Below are positions 33,835-43,101 of a stretch of 64,000 nucleotides of DNA, piece by piece. The notes under the pieces were generated by a model, which saw nothing but the letters and a program-made list of their open reading frames with translations, did not search any database and was not told the DNA's origin. Numbering within the stretch: the stretch's first letter is position 1; each line of letters starts with the position of its first letter. Source of the DNA: a phage. Where the stretch lies: sequence record PZ357121.2. One strand, 5' to 3'. Both the position numbers and the translations under genes were made by a program.

Positions 33835-34238
33835 CTTATTTCCTTAACGAATTCCATAGCTTCTTCATATTCATACTTTTTAACAGCTTCGTCATACTGA
33901 GCTTGGGCTTTTGCGCACTGAACTTTCCATTCTCTTAATCGGGCTCTGTGATGACGTCCTTGGTGCCAATATCCTGCCCAATTAATAGGCATTAATAAAA
34001 ATGGTACAATAAACGACCCGGCTATAATAAGTAAAAACACTGCATCAGACGATATAACTTCACTAGAATCTAAAATAGCTCCTATAATCATAAAGATTAA
34101 AAATGCTAAAGCTAAAATAGGGCCAAATAGTACTTCATTTGGGATTAATTTACGCTTGTATTCATACGCCCAGGGCTTACTTGGCATGTATAGGGTTGGC
34201 TTTGACATATTCTCTACATTCCATAATAAATTGCTCAA
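33813..34238 (-). CDS. hypothetical membrane protein (start uncertain)
   Basis: ORF track 141 aa; two TM segments; possible start at internal Met near 34190. Confidence 0.45.
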   Translation of the reverse strand: MSNLLWNVENMSKPTLYMPSKPWAYEYKRKLIPNEVLFGPILALAFLIFMIIGAILDSSEVISSDAVFLLIIAGSFIVPFLLMPINWAGYWHQGRHHRARLREWKVQCAKAQAQYDEAVKKYEYEEAMEFVKEIRCKSLNS

Positions 34239-34794
34239 GGATTAAATTGTTAGTGAAATTAGGACTAACAACCATGGTTTCATAAAGCGCATCAATAGCA
34301 CTTAAAGCATCAACTCTTTTAAGCAAAGGCTTGCCTTCATACATAGTTTCAGAATCGACGATTAACGTAAAGTAATATTTTTTATTATCGACTAGAACTT
34401 CAGTATCGATATAAAACATGTTAGACCTTAAGAGCTTATCTCTAAAACCATAATAATCTTCAGAGCGTTCGCTGATATAGTCCCGTTCAGTGTTTAAACA
34501 ACAAACAGACCATGTAGGAGCAACAAAATCAGTGAATCTAATATCATGGTCTGCAACTAGTTTAGCAATAGCTCCGATATCATGAATCATAATACCTGGG
34601 GCTAATAAAGATTTTCGGCGATTTGCATATTCAGTTGTCTCATAAGAAGACGACCAGTACCATTTACGTCCAGTTGCAACATATCGTAATGAATCAACTA
34701 AAGAAGTAGGTGGATTTACCTTATTTCGGAACTCTTCGAACATTGAGTCAATATCATTATTTTGGTTTCGCATGTTAACTCCTTTATTATCCAA
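34177..34794 (-). CDS. hypothetical protein with near-C-terminal QFIMECR motif
   Basis: ORF track 205 aa. Confidence 0.5.
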   Translation of the reverse strand: MDNKGVNMRNQNNDIDSMFEEFRNKVNPPTSLVDSLRYVATGRKWYWSSSYETTEYANRRKSLLAPGIMIHDIGAIAKLVADHDIRFTDFVAPTWSVCCLNTERDYISERSEDYYGFRDKLLRSNMFYIDTEVLVDNKKYYFTLIVDSETMYEGKPLLKRVDALSAIDALYETMVVSPNFTNNLILEQFIMECREYVKANPIHAK

Positions 34795-34821
34795 AGGAGG
34801 ACCGGAGTCCTCCGTATTATT

Positions 34822-35415
34822 TTATTTCAAAGAGTTAATATATTCTTGTACATCAGCAGAAGTGGTTTCGACACCAGCTGGAGCGCCATTGAACGTTTCA
34901 ACACGAGTCAGAGTGTCTTCGATATCAACCTTAGTCAGTGCAGCGATTTCAATTACATCGTCAGCCGTAGAGATACCAAGGGCATTAGCTGCTCGAGTTT
35001 CACGAATGTATTCGAGTTTGATTGCCAGATTCTGACGAGCATCGTCAAGTTCAACAACCTTACGAGCAATTTCAATTCGCATAGCGGCATACCCGTCAGC
35101 TTTTGTATTAAGTTGTTCAGCCGTTCGACGATACAGAAGACCAAGCTTAGCATGCATGGTAACATCTTGACCTTCAGCCAGGAGCTTACGAATTTCACGT
35201 TCCTTAGAAGCGGCTTGCTTATTCTTTTCATTAACAAGTTCGCGAATACGTTTTTCTTCATTAATAGATTTAACAGAAGCCGTTTTTAGTTCTTTGATTT
35301 GGGTAATCAACTTATCTGCAGCTGCGTTATACTGTTCTTCGACAGTCAGATTTTTAGCCATAGCAGTACCCAGTTTAGTGCGGATGAATTCAACAAGTTT
35401 CTTCAGTGTGTTCAT
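34822..35415 (-). CDS. hypothetical coiled-coil protein
   Basis: ORF track 34822..35430; ATG at 35415 gives 197 aa. Confidence 0.5.
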   Translation of the reverse strand: MNTLKKLVEFIRTKLGTAMAKNLTVEEQYNAAADKLITQIKELKTASVKSINEEKRIRELVNEKNKQAASKEREIRKLLAEGQDVTMHAKLGLLYRRTAEQLNTKADGYAAMRIEIARKVVELDDARQNLAIKLEYIRETRAANALGISTADDVIEIAALTKVDIEDTLTRVETFNGAPAGVETTSADVQEYINSLK

Positions 35416-35439
35416 ATTATTACCTTTCAATTGGTGGTT

Positions 35440-35486
35440 TATTATCCAATGAGAGCATTATACTCTGCTCTCAAGAGTTTGTAAAT
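35440..35486 (-). promoter_or_regulatory. early-type promoter with -10 between inverted arms GAGAGC/GCTCTC (copy 2 of ~50-bp repeat; compensatory change versus copy at 4041-4080)
   Basis: minus strand ATTTACAAACTCTTGAGAGCAGAGTATAATGCTCTCATTGGATAATAAA. Confidence 0.55.
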
Positions 35487-35713
35487 TATTTTTTAATCAA
35501 ATTGACATAAAACTCGGCGTCTTCCGGGTGCATGCCTTCGCAGTATTCTTCAACCATGAACTTCTTAACAGCTTCATAAGGACCACTCAGATTAAGCTCA
35601 GTTGTCCAGAACTTGGAATCTTGGACTGAATCGATACGAACTTCAGGGTGGCGGTTGCGAATAACTTCTTCGGTGTATTCATAATCAACGACATCAATAC
35701 TAACTGTAGCCAT
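35486..35713 (-). CDS. hypothetical acidic protein
   Basis: ORF track 75 aa. Confidence 0.5.
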   Translation of the reverse strand: MATVSIDVVDYEYTEEVIRNRHPEVRIDSVQDSKFWTTELNLSGPYEAVKKFMVEEYCEGMHPEDAEFYVNLIKK

Positions 35714-35742
35714 TTTGTTTCTCCTCTGTAGTTGATAAGTCT

Positions 35743-35772
35743 ATAGTATCACCATCTTTGGTGCTTGTACAT
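35743..35772 (-). promoter_or_regulatory. early-type promoter with small spacer hairpin (CACC...GGTG)
   Basis: minus strand ATGTACAAGCACCAAAGATGGTGATACTATAG. Confidence 0.4.
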
Positions 35773-35780
35773 CATTATTT

Positions 35781-36086
35781 TTAATTTTTCCAACTTAACA
35801 ACTTGTAGTGTCCTTCATTCATACGTGGTTTATCCCAAGAAATACTAATATATGATTCGCTGTCAATAGAAGTCGCCGGGTTTTTCTCTACCGTAAGACC
35901 TTCACTTTCCAGCCATTCAATAGTATTTGCGCATAAATCGGAAGAACACCTCATTGGAAACCGGCAAGATTTTTCACCTTTAGCTGCAGTGTTATACATC
36001 TTTTCTAAAATACGCTTTTGCACGTTTTTAAAAATAGTTTCAGCAGATTCTTCAGATTTTTTATTCAGTTCAGTATAAAGATTCAT
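35781..36086 (-). CDS. hypothetical protein
   Basis: ORF track 35781..36113; ATG at 36086 with GAGGAG upstream gives 101 aa. Confidence 0.45.
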   Translation of the reverse strand: MNLYTELNKKSEESAETIFKNVQKRILEKMYNTAAKGEKSCRFPMRCSSDLCANTIEWLESEGLTVEKNPATSIDSESYISISWDKPRMNEGHYKLLSWKN

Positions 36087-36103
36087 AATATTCTCCTCAT
36101 TAA

Positions 36104-36141
36104 TAGGGCTCATAATATCTCAATCATAAGCCCGTGTAAAC
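36104..36141 (-). promoter_or_regulatory. early-type promoter with -10 inside imperfect hairpin (GGGCTTATGA...TATGAGCCC)
   Basis: minus strand GTTTACACGGGCTTATGATTGAGATATTATGAGCCCTATTAATGAGGAG. Confidence 0.45.
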
Positions 36142-36143
36142 AA

Positions 36144-36419
36144 TTATTTCATATTATTGAAATAATCTTCCGCATCAAAATCGTTATCATGGTAAACTTT
36201 GGTAGACGATTTGGCGTAACCTTCAGCTGAGAACATATTAATCACAACTTTAATTGTATACCACTGTCCGTCTTCATTACCCATTACTGCATAGGTTTCA
36301 TACACTGGGTGTTCAGGTCCAATAACTTTAATATCATTCACCGTACGTCCGAAATCTTCTGGAACGCATTTCATAAAGAAGTTGAACAGTTCACCGTAAT
36401 TATCCATTTCATTCTCCAA
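36144..36419 (-). CDS. hypothetical acidic protein
   Basis: ORF track 91 aa. Confidence 0.5.
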   Translation of the reverse strand: MENEMDNYGELFNFFMKCVPEDFGRTVNDIKVIGPEHPVYETYAVMGNEDGQWYTIKVVINMFSAEGYAKSSTKVYHDNDFDAEDYFNNMK

Positions 36420-36605
36420 GTTTTTTCTGTATTGGTAGTTGATAGTTGTATAGTACCACGGAAGAACAGGGATGTAAACAGTTTTGTGAAAAAAAGTTTT
36501 TGTGGAATTCTAGGGCAGGGAGAGGAAATTAAAAAGTAGGATAATATATTATAAAGGGTATAAACTAAATGATGTGCCTAGAGAGGTCCAGAAAGGCCTA
36601 GATAC

Positions 36606-36634
36606 CAAAAAGCCCCAACCTTTCGGAAGGGGCT
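36606..36634 (-). terminator. rho-independent terminator (AGCCCC...GGGGCT hairpin then T5)
   Basis: plus strand aaaaagccccaacctttcggaaggggct; downstream of the tRNA/stable-RNA region. Confidence 0.6.
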
Positions 36635-36673
36635 ATACCTTGTCGGGGTTCCACCTGCAAGGCAAGTGTTTGT

Positions 36674-36765
36674 ACGAAACGCCGGGATTCGAACCCGGTT
36701 ATTAAGCAGTTGACGCTACTCAATATTTTTAAAAGGCCATATCTCGACCATATCCGAACGTTCCG
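36674..36765 (-). ncRNA. tRNA-like small RNA candidate (canonical T-arm and acceptor-like stem, no full cloverleaf)
   Basis: minus strand has CCGGG-TTCGAAT-CCCGG T-arm followed by CGTTTCG that can pair with CGGAACG 92 nt upstream; D and anticodon arms could not be folded by hand; in an ORF-free 290-nt gap. Confidence 0.3.
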
Positions 36766-36933
36766 TCAAAAACGCTACTCGGCTTACGGCAAAGATATTT
36801 CCTCGAATCGATAATTCTGTGCGCTGTTTCTGCTGTGATGTAAGGGGATATTAACGAATCATAAAGATTTATTAAGACCAGTCCTTACGCAGGGAACATC
36901 AGTCCGACGACTTACCGGTAGCGACCCGGCTTC

Positions 36934-37278
36934 TTATTTTGGCATATCATCAATTTGCTCTCGACGCCGACGCCATAGATTAATCGCTTCATAAACACAT
37001 TCTGCGTTTGGTATATGACGGCAATAATATAATGATTCGCGTTTCTGGAACCGATGTTGCAACGGGATTTCGTTTAAAAGGTCTTTACGGTCAAAGTATT
37101 CAAAACTAGTTAACCCAGAACGATTTTTAATGAACTTCCAATGCCCAAATTCATTTTGAACATAGATGTAATCGGCATGCTGATACAGCGAATTAATCAA
37201 TCGATGAGAAATAACTGTATCATATTCGTTAAAATAAAACGTTAAATCATGAACTACCAGATAAATATTGCCTTTCAT
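36934..37278 (-). CDS. hypothetical protein
   Basis: ORF track 36934..37329; ATG at 37278 with GAGGAAA upstream gives 114 aa, immediately 3' of tRNA-Arg. Confidence 0.45.
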   Translation of the reverse strand: MKGNIYLVVHDLTFYFNEYDTVISHRLINSLYQHADYIYVQNEFGHWKFIKNRSGLTSFEYFDRKDLLNEIPLQHRFQKRESLYYCRHIPNAECVYEAINLWRRRREQIDDMPK

Positions 37279-37296
37279 ATTTTCCTCACTTAAAGT

Positions 37297-37372
37297 TGGT
37301 GCCTCTAGAAAGATTTGAACTCTCACCATTAACCTTAGAACGATTATATGCTATCCATTACACTATAGAGGC
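37297..37372 (-). tRNA. tRNA-Arg (anticodon UCU), CCA encoded
   Basis: hand-folded cloverleaf: acceptor GCCTCTA/TAGAGGC, D-arm GTGT-AATGGATA-GCAT, anticodon stem TAATC/GGTTA with loop GTTCTAA, T-arm GAGAG-TTCAAAT-CTTTC, then ACCA. Confidence 0.8.
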
Positions 37373-38023
37373 AATTAAATTATTTACAATATCTTCTTTA
37401 TAAACTTCAGCATAATGAAGTTCATATATTTCCCATCCTAATGATTTTATAATATCATGGCGTTCTTTATAATAAGGGGCCAAAATCTTTTTCTTAGGAT
37501 TGGAGTAATGTTGGTTTCCATTAACTTCAATAATAATCTTTTTATCTATTAAAGCAATATCCGTGCAATACGCTCGGTTTTTAACCGGTTGGTATTCTTC
37601 AATAAATGAAATTCCGTTTTCTATTAATTTAGATTTCAAAAATTCACAAGGCACAGATTTAAATTTTGTATTTTTCTTCCAAGGATGTTTATCAGGGTTT
37701 TCATTCAACCATTTTTTCCGAGCATTAGATATTTTTATTCTAGATTCCTCAGAGTGTTCTCTACCTAATGAAGCGGCTGACAATTTTTGTCTAGTCTCTT
37801 CCGAAATTACTACAGGGACACCAGTCTTTTTAGATACAACATACTGGTTTAAATTACCTGAAGCTATACGTGCTTTATTCATTGCTGCAATGGCTGATTT
37901 AGAACTTTCTTTATACAATTCCAATTTAGGGTTGGATTTACACCATCTAGTGTGGTTAGCCATCCATCCTTTAGGTTTATTAGAAATATCAAATTCCATA
38001 TTACAATGTTTACAAATGCTCAT
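37358..38023 (-). CDS. putative free-standing endonuclease: N-terminal zinc finger, NUMOD3-like linker, C-terminal Vsr/DUF559-like (PD-(D/E)xK) domain
   Basis: 221 aa from ATG at 38023 (AGGAGA upstream); CKHCN...HTRWC; SEETRQKLSAASLGREHSEESRIKISNARKKW; IEVNGNQHY...ERHDIIKSLGWEIYELHY; last 5 codons overlap the 5' end of tRNA-Arg. Confidence 0.5.
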   Translation of the reverse strand: MSICKHCNMEFDISNKPKGWMANHTRWCKSNPKLELYKESSKSAIAAMNKARIASGNLNQYVVSKKTGVPVVISEETRQKLSAASLGREHSEESRIKISNARKKWLNENPDKHPWKKNTKFKSVPCEFLKSKLIENGISFIEEYQPVKNRAYCTDIALIDKKIIIEVNGNQHYSNPKKKILAPYYKERHDIIKSLGWEIYELHYAEVYKEDIVNNLIASIV

Positions 38024-38097
38024 TACCAATTATCTCCTATAAAATATAGGAGTATTTATTATTTGGATAGAGCACTTAATTTACTTCGTTTAAATTA

Positions 38098-38169
38098 CTG
38101 GCGCACTTGGACTCGAACCAAGATAAAGGAGTTAACAGCTCCCCGTAATAACCTTTATACGATGCACCA
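38098..38169 (-). tRNA. tRNA-Asn (anticodon GUU), CCA not encoded
   Basis: hand-folded: acceptor TGGTGCA/TGCGCCA (one G-U), D-loop with GG, anticodon stem GGGAG/CTCCT with loop CTGTTAA, T-arm CTTGG-TTCGAGT-CCAAG; D-stem has one mismatch. Confidence 0.6.
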
Positions 38170-38175
38170 TTTGTT

Positions 38176-38250
38176 TGGTGACCCTGGCTGGTTTCGATCC
38201 AGCTACCTATCAGTTATGAGCTGACAGCTCTCCCATTGAGCTACAGGGCC
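38176..38250 (-). tRNA. tRNA with CAU anticodon (Met, or Ile if lysidine-modified), CCA encoded
   Basis: hand-folded: acceptor GGCCCTG/CAGGGTC, D-arm GCTC-AATGGGA-GAGC, anticodon stem GTCAG/CTGAT with loop CTCATAA, T-stem GCTGG/CCAGC with atypical loop ATCGAAA, then ACCA. Confidence 0.7.
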
Positions 38251-38329
38251 TAAATAACTTTCTATTATGAAAGGCACTTTAGAGCACCTTTGGTAATAGA
38301 GGGTATGAATTAATAATAACACATAATTC

Positions 38330-38845
38330 TTAAAGCAAATCAATCATTTTAACAGTCGGCAAAACAATTTCTTCTTCAATATAAGCGAATTCAACACGTT
38401 CAACTACACGCAAGAAATCATAGTCGTAGTATTCAGAAGCATAGCCAAGAATATCAATAAGGCCTTGGGATATCTCATCGCCTTTCACAAAGAACAGGTC
38501 GAATACACGCGATTCGTCTTCTTCAGATTTATTACCAAGGTCGACTTCAATATCAAAGACCTTTTTAATGAATTCTGGATAAAGCTGGTCTGAGAACAGT
38601 CCTTCAACCAAGTATTCATAGATTAAAAGCGAGCAATCACTGAATGGTGTATTACCACAGTAACGTTCAACTTTAGTGCTAGAATGACGACTCTTAAATT
38701 TCTTCAAGAGATATTTAAACTGTTGGAGCTCATGCTCTTCTACACCAAATAATGTTTTGGTTTTATAGTTGTCGCCGTCATTTTCCCAAGTAGTGACATC
38801 AATTACGTAACCTTTAGGAATTGTACTGCCTAAACAAATATTCAT
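38330..38845 (-). CDS. hypothetical acidic protein
   Basis: ORF track 171 aa. Confidence 0.5.
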   Translation of the reverse strand: MNICLGSTIPKGYVIDVTTWENDGDNYKTKTLFGVEEHELQQFKYLLKKFKSRHSSTKVERYCGNTPFSDCSLLIYEYLVEGLFSDQLYPEFIKKVFDIEVDLGNKSEEDESRVFDLFFVKGDEISQGLIDILGYASEYYDYDFLRVVERVEFAYIEEEIVLPTVKMIDLL

Positions 38846-38849
38846 TTAC

Positions 38850-39140
38850 TCACCGTACCATATTAATGTAATTATATTCAATGCAACATAATTTCAAAGG
38901 ATTCTTGAAAATATCATATTCAAGAGGACCTTTTTCTGTTTCAATAAAGAAATCAAAGTTCACACTATTAAATTTGCGGTCTTCCCAAAGTAATTTAACC
39001 TGTGAAGATGAACGGTCGACGTAAACCTTTTCAACTTCAAAACATGTTAAAATGCCATAATCATCAATCAAGGCTTTAGCTGCTTCTTGATCATATTTAT
39101 ATCCATTTTCAATGGATGATACTTTCGCATAAAGAATCAT
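38850..39140 (-). CDS. hypothetical protein
   Basis: ORF track 96 aa. Confidence 0.5.
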   Translation of the reverse strand: MILYAKVSSIENGYKYDQEAAKALIDDYGILTCFEVEKVYVDRSSSQVKLLWEDRKFNSVNFDFFIETEKGPLEYDIFKNPLKLCCIEYNYINMVR

Positions 39141-39142
39141 TA

Positions 39143-39526
39143 TTAACCTTTATCAACAATAGTATGTGTATGGGCATTTACGATTTGCCACCAGTCAAAA
39201 CTATCGCCAAATCGTTTTGATTTATTGTCTTCAATAATTTGGCGTAATTCATCTTCAGTAGCGGCTTTCGCGATTAAATCAGCATATCCACCACGAGGAT
39301 AATAATTATCACCTGCAAAAAGTAAAAAGTTTGGTTTAATATTATTAAACTCTTCAAGAGTAATAACTTTTCCTGTCGGTTGAACAATCTCTACATATTT
39401 ATATCCTAATTTTTGAGCAGCATCTACTGCTTCAAGCAAAGTATCATGAGCCCATCCAATTTGACAACCTGGCTTTTCAGATGGATTAGCCTGATAATCC
39501 GCGTACACTTTATACATTCTATTCAC
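39143..39526 (-). CDS. hypothetical protein
   Basis: ORF track 127 aa. Confidence 0.5.
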   Translation of the reverse strand: MNRMYKVYADYQANPSEKPGCQIGWAHDTLLEAVDAAQKLGYKYVEIVQPTGKVITLEEFNNIKPNFLLFAGDNYYPRGGYADLIAKAATEDELRQIIEDNKSKRFGDSFDWWQIVNAHTHTIVDKG

Positions 39527-39725
39527 CTTTAGAAATTTTATCCATAACGATAGCGATTAAGCCGATTAGAAATGCTACTACCAATGAGATAGAATTTTCG
39601 GTTGTTGTCAGTAGTCCGCAAATGAATCCTACAAACATCGAAAAACTAAAAGCCATTGAAGCAATTACTACAGCAACATTACGAATCAGTTCAGCGCGTT
39701 TCATTTTATTTCTCCATTTACTCAT
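39519..39725 (-). CDS. hypothetical small membrane protein
   Basis: ORF track 68 aa; two hydrophobic segments. Confidence 0.5.
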   Translation of the reverse strand: MSKWRNKMKRAELIRNVAVVIASMAFSFSMFVGFICGLLTTTENSISLVVAFLIGLIAIVMDKISKGE

Positions 39726-39732
39726 TTGTTTT

Positions 39733-39771
39733 GATAGGACTACTATAACATAGTCCTATCATCATGTAAAC
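39733..39771 (-). promoter_or_regulatory. hairpin-embedded early promoter, family A copy
   Basis: plus strand gataggactactataacatagtcctatcatcatgtaaac. Confidence 0.6.
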
Positions 39772-39773
39772 TA

Positions 39774-40037
39774 TTAAATACCAGCTTCGCGTTTAACATA
39801 ATCGACGTAAGCTTGGATAGCTTTCTTGCTGGTAATTTTTACCTGACCACGACCATTGCCTTCTTTAGAGTTTTTCTTAACAACTACATTACCATCTTTA
39901 ACACCCCATACATGGACGTAAGTACCGATGTTTCGGTCGTAGAACATTGCATGGTCGTTGTTGTAAGAGAATGATTCGTAGTTCTCTGTCAGAGTAGAAG
40001 ATTGAGATTCGGCGATAAATTCTTTATAGGTTTTCAT
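39774..40037 (-). CDS. internal head protein (IPI-like) with leader MKTYKEFIAES
   Basis: 87 aa; capsid-targeting leader; located next to 57B as ipI is in T4. Confidence 0.6.
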   Translation of the reverse strand: MKTYKEFIAESQSSTLTENYESFSYNNDHAMFYDRNIGTYVHVWGVKDGNVVVKKNSKEGNGRGQVKITSKKAIQAYVDYVKREAGI

Positions 40038-40062
40038 TTTATTTCCTTGAGGCTGTTTATTT

Positions 40063-40101
40063 GATAGGATGATAGTAACACACCATCATCCTTATGTAAA
40101 C
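40063..40101 (-). promoter_or_regulatory. hairpin-embedded early promoter, family A architecture with different arms (GGATGAT/ATCATCC)
   Basis: plus strand gataggatgatagtaacacaccatcatccttatgtaaac. Confidence 0.5.
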
Positions 40102-40114
40102 TGTTTTGTGAAAA

Positions 40115-40800
<686 letters not shown>

Positions 40801-40804
40801 TTTA

Positions 40805-41539
40805 TTACCTTAAGATTGTTTCAATTTTAGAATAAAGCTCTTCTAAAGAGCCGTCGTTTGTAATAACTAAATCGCCTTCTTCAATAGGCAACCCAGCTTC
40901 TGTAATATGTTTATCAGTGGATTCCGTACCAGAGCGAACCACATGAATAACTGTAGCACCCATCGCTCTAGCGGTTTCCATTTCATGGACTTGGCGTGTA
41001 TCGGTTACAACATAGTAATCGAAATCACTTCCAATATAATCCATATAGTTTAATGCAAAAAGTTTAACCCAATACATACGGTCAAATAAATTAACGACAA
41101 CATCCGTACCGAGGGCTTGCATAAGACGGCGGATTGACCATGTGTCGTTGATATTATTTATAGCTTCACGCAGGGCTTCATATGGTTTAATATCTAGATA
41201 TGAATACCCACCTTCTAATGATGATAATACTTTAACATTATTAATTGGTAAATATTGACTTTGTAAATAAATTAGCGCTTCTTCCAATAATTCAATAACA
41301 TCCAACTTATTGAGATTTAATGGTGTTTCACGGTCGTATCCAACACCTTCGAAGTATTCATATTTCAACTCAGTGAATACATCAGGATTTTCAGCATGCC
41401 TACGTCCCCAGGCTATTGCTAGAGCGTCTTTAATCGGATATGCCAATTGGTATTTTACGGATTTAAAGTTTGAATTGATGTAATCGGCAGTAGTGTCTTT
41501 ACCACTACGTTTGATGCCGCTTAAAAAGATTAGCTCCAT
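40805..41539 (-). CDS. 1: deoxynucleoside monophosphate kinase gp1
   Basis: 244 aa; P-loop GIKRSGKDT; T4-like gene order 57A-1-3-2-4. Confidence 0.85.
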   Translation of the reverse strand: MELIFLSGIKRSGKDTTADYINSNFKSVKYQLAYPIKDALAIAWGRRHAENPDVFTELKYEYFEGVGYDRETPLNLNKLDVIELLEEALIYLQSQYLPINNVKVLSSLEGGYSYLDIKPYEALREAINNINDTWSIRRLMQALGTDVVVNLFDRMYWVKLFALNYMDYIGSDFDYYVVTDTRQVHEMETARAMGATVIHVVRSGTESTDKHITEAGLPIEEGDLVITNDGSLEELYSKIETILR

Positions 41540-41592
41540 AGGTTTTCCTCATATAATTTATGAATGATTATAACATACGGAGCTAGAAGCGA

Positions 41593-42177
41593 TTAACGCA
41601 AGGAAGGGTGTCTAGAAATGGATTTAGATTCGACCGCTTGACGTGGCTGTTGAGATACAATGACTTCGCCATCCTTTTCTATCGTCATATACGCGTAGTG
41701 AATAGTTGCTACGCACGTAACGGCAGGGTCAGAGTCTTCGGTGTAACTAAATTCAATTTCACTCAAATCAGAAATCCATGGTTTATAGAAATTTGCCGTC
41801 AAAACTACTTCGGTCTTATTGTTGTTTAAAATGTGCAAAGTAACAAACTCAGGACCATCTGAGTGGGCCGTATTATGTCCGGTTATATAGTTATTAGTGC
41901 TGAGCATCCATTTATACATGTTCATCCAGGACGTCATGTCTTCATCAACTATAAATCGTACAACAAAAGGGTCATATTCAAATGTGGTGCCTGCACGCAT
42001 TGCACGTCCTAACCCCATTGTGCCTGTCACAGTTTCAACAACAGGAATTCTCACACCTGGTAATGGAGCCGTTTGGGCATTGAGCACAAAACCTGAAGTT
42101 CGTGTACTATCTGGGATATCCACAACAAAGTTTGTTATATTTGTTTGGTTAAAAATCTGTCTCGCTGGACGAGTCAT
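41593..42177 (-). CDS. 3: tail completion and sheath stabilizer protein gp3
   Basis: ORF track 41593..42183 (GTG); ATG at 42177 with GAGGTG upstream gives 194 aa; called by position between 1 and 2. Confidence 0.65.
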   Translation of the reverse strand: MTRPARQIFNQTNITNFVVDIPDSTRTSGFVLNAQTAPLPGVRIPVVETVTGTMGLGRAMRAGTTFEYDPFVVRFIVDEDMTSWMNMYKWMLSTNNYITGHNTAHSDGPEFVTLHILNNNKTEVVLTANFYKPWISDLSEIEFSYTEDSDPAVTCVATIHYAYMTIEKDGEVIVSQQPRQAVESKSISRHPSLR

Positions 42178-42279
42178 AAGCACCTCAAAAACGCTTTAAT
42201 AAAAATGCAGTATAATGGTTTTAGGTCTCTTCCATTAATCCGGTTCAACAGAATATCAGAAGAACGGAAGAGAATAGAA

Positions 42280-43101
42280 TTAAGATTTCCAAACAGTATT
42301 CGCAGAGAAACGTTTTCCTTTTGACATAAACTGCTGAGTAGGTAACATGATTATGTTAGCCCAGTCTTTAGGAGCTATTTCTGTTATTGTTCCTCTAATG
42401 TGGCCTGGCAGGTATGCTTTAATCATTTTGTCAGCACCTTGAAATCCTTTCACCTTGCTCCAGTCTATCTTAAACTTTGTGTTATTAGTAATAGTAGTTG
42501 TGCTAGCATATTGCTTCAGCAATTCTTCAAGAAACTGTTGTCGTGCTTTAGGTGGGATATAGTGCAAGTTTAACCCATACATCAAATTATGTTTACCTAA
42601 TCCTAAATAAATAATCAAAGGATATCGGTCCCAGTATGGCAAAGTATCTTTATGTTTAGCATCATACACGTAAGTATAAATTTTGCCTGGCGTAGGCTTG
42701 ACTACTTTATGACCTTTTACACTTTTCTTAATTGTTTCAACAAACCACTTAGATGATTTGTTGTTTACTGCTGCGCCTTCATTTCTAATCTTTTCTCGTA
42801 TTGAACTGCGAAACGAGTTTATCATCAGAAGTTGACGTTCTTGCTTATTGAGTTTATTTTTAGGTTTAGATTCAAGCGTTTCAATTTTCTGTGCAGTCTT
42901 AATAGATGATGCATATCTAGACATTGCAGATGTAAACGACGAGTATTTTATTCCTTTTGATTCTGCAAATGCTTTTGCAGTGATTCCTTTCTCTTTAGCT
43001 TTCTTGTATTCTAATCCTATCTCAATCCATTTTCTTTCATTCATAGACTGAGCAATCTTAGTGGCTTGTACGCCTTCAGATATAATTTGGAATATGCTCA
43101 T
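42280..43101 (-). CDS. 2: DNA end protector protein gp2
   Basis: 273 aa; position and length match T4 gp2; start overlaps stop of upstream endonuclease gene (ATGA). Confidence 0.75.
   Translation of the reverse strand: MSIFQIISEGVQATKIAQSMNERKWIEIGLEYKKAKEKGITAKAFAESKGIKYSSFTSAMSRYASSIKTAQKIETLESKPKNKLNKQERQLLMINSFRSSIREKIRNEGAAVNNKSSKWFVETIKKSVKGHKVVKPTPGKIYTYVYDAKHKDTLPYWDRYPLIIYLGLGKHNLMYGLNLHYIPPKARQQFLEELLKQYASTTTITNNTKFKIDWSKVKGFQGADKMIKAYLPGHIRGTITEIAPKDWANIIMLPTQQFMSKGKRFSANTVWKS

Noticed and set aside
34762-35289. Plus-strand 175-aa and 87-aa ORFs opposite the coiled-coil gene 34822..35415
   Set aside because: Antisense to a gene with clear promoter and ribosome binding site; Ser/Phe-rich artefact
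36674-36765. A canonical tRNA at the T-arm GGTTCGAATCC
   Set aside because: Acceptor-like stem and T-arm are present but D and anticodon arms could not be folded and the length (92 nt) is atypical; kept only as a low-confidence tRNA-like RNA
3140-40101. The recurring hairpin elements considered as a CRISPR array or tandem repeat locus
   Set aside because: Copies are kilobases apart, lie upstream of individual genes, have -35/-10 promoter features, and lack regular repeat-spacer periodicity; no cas genes
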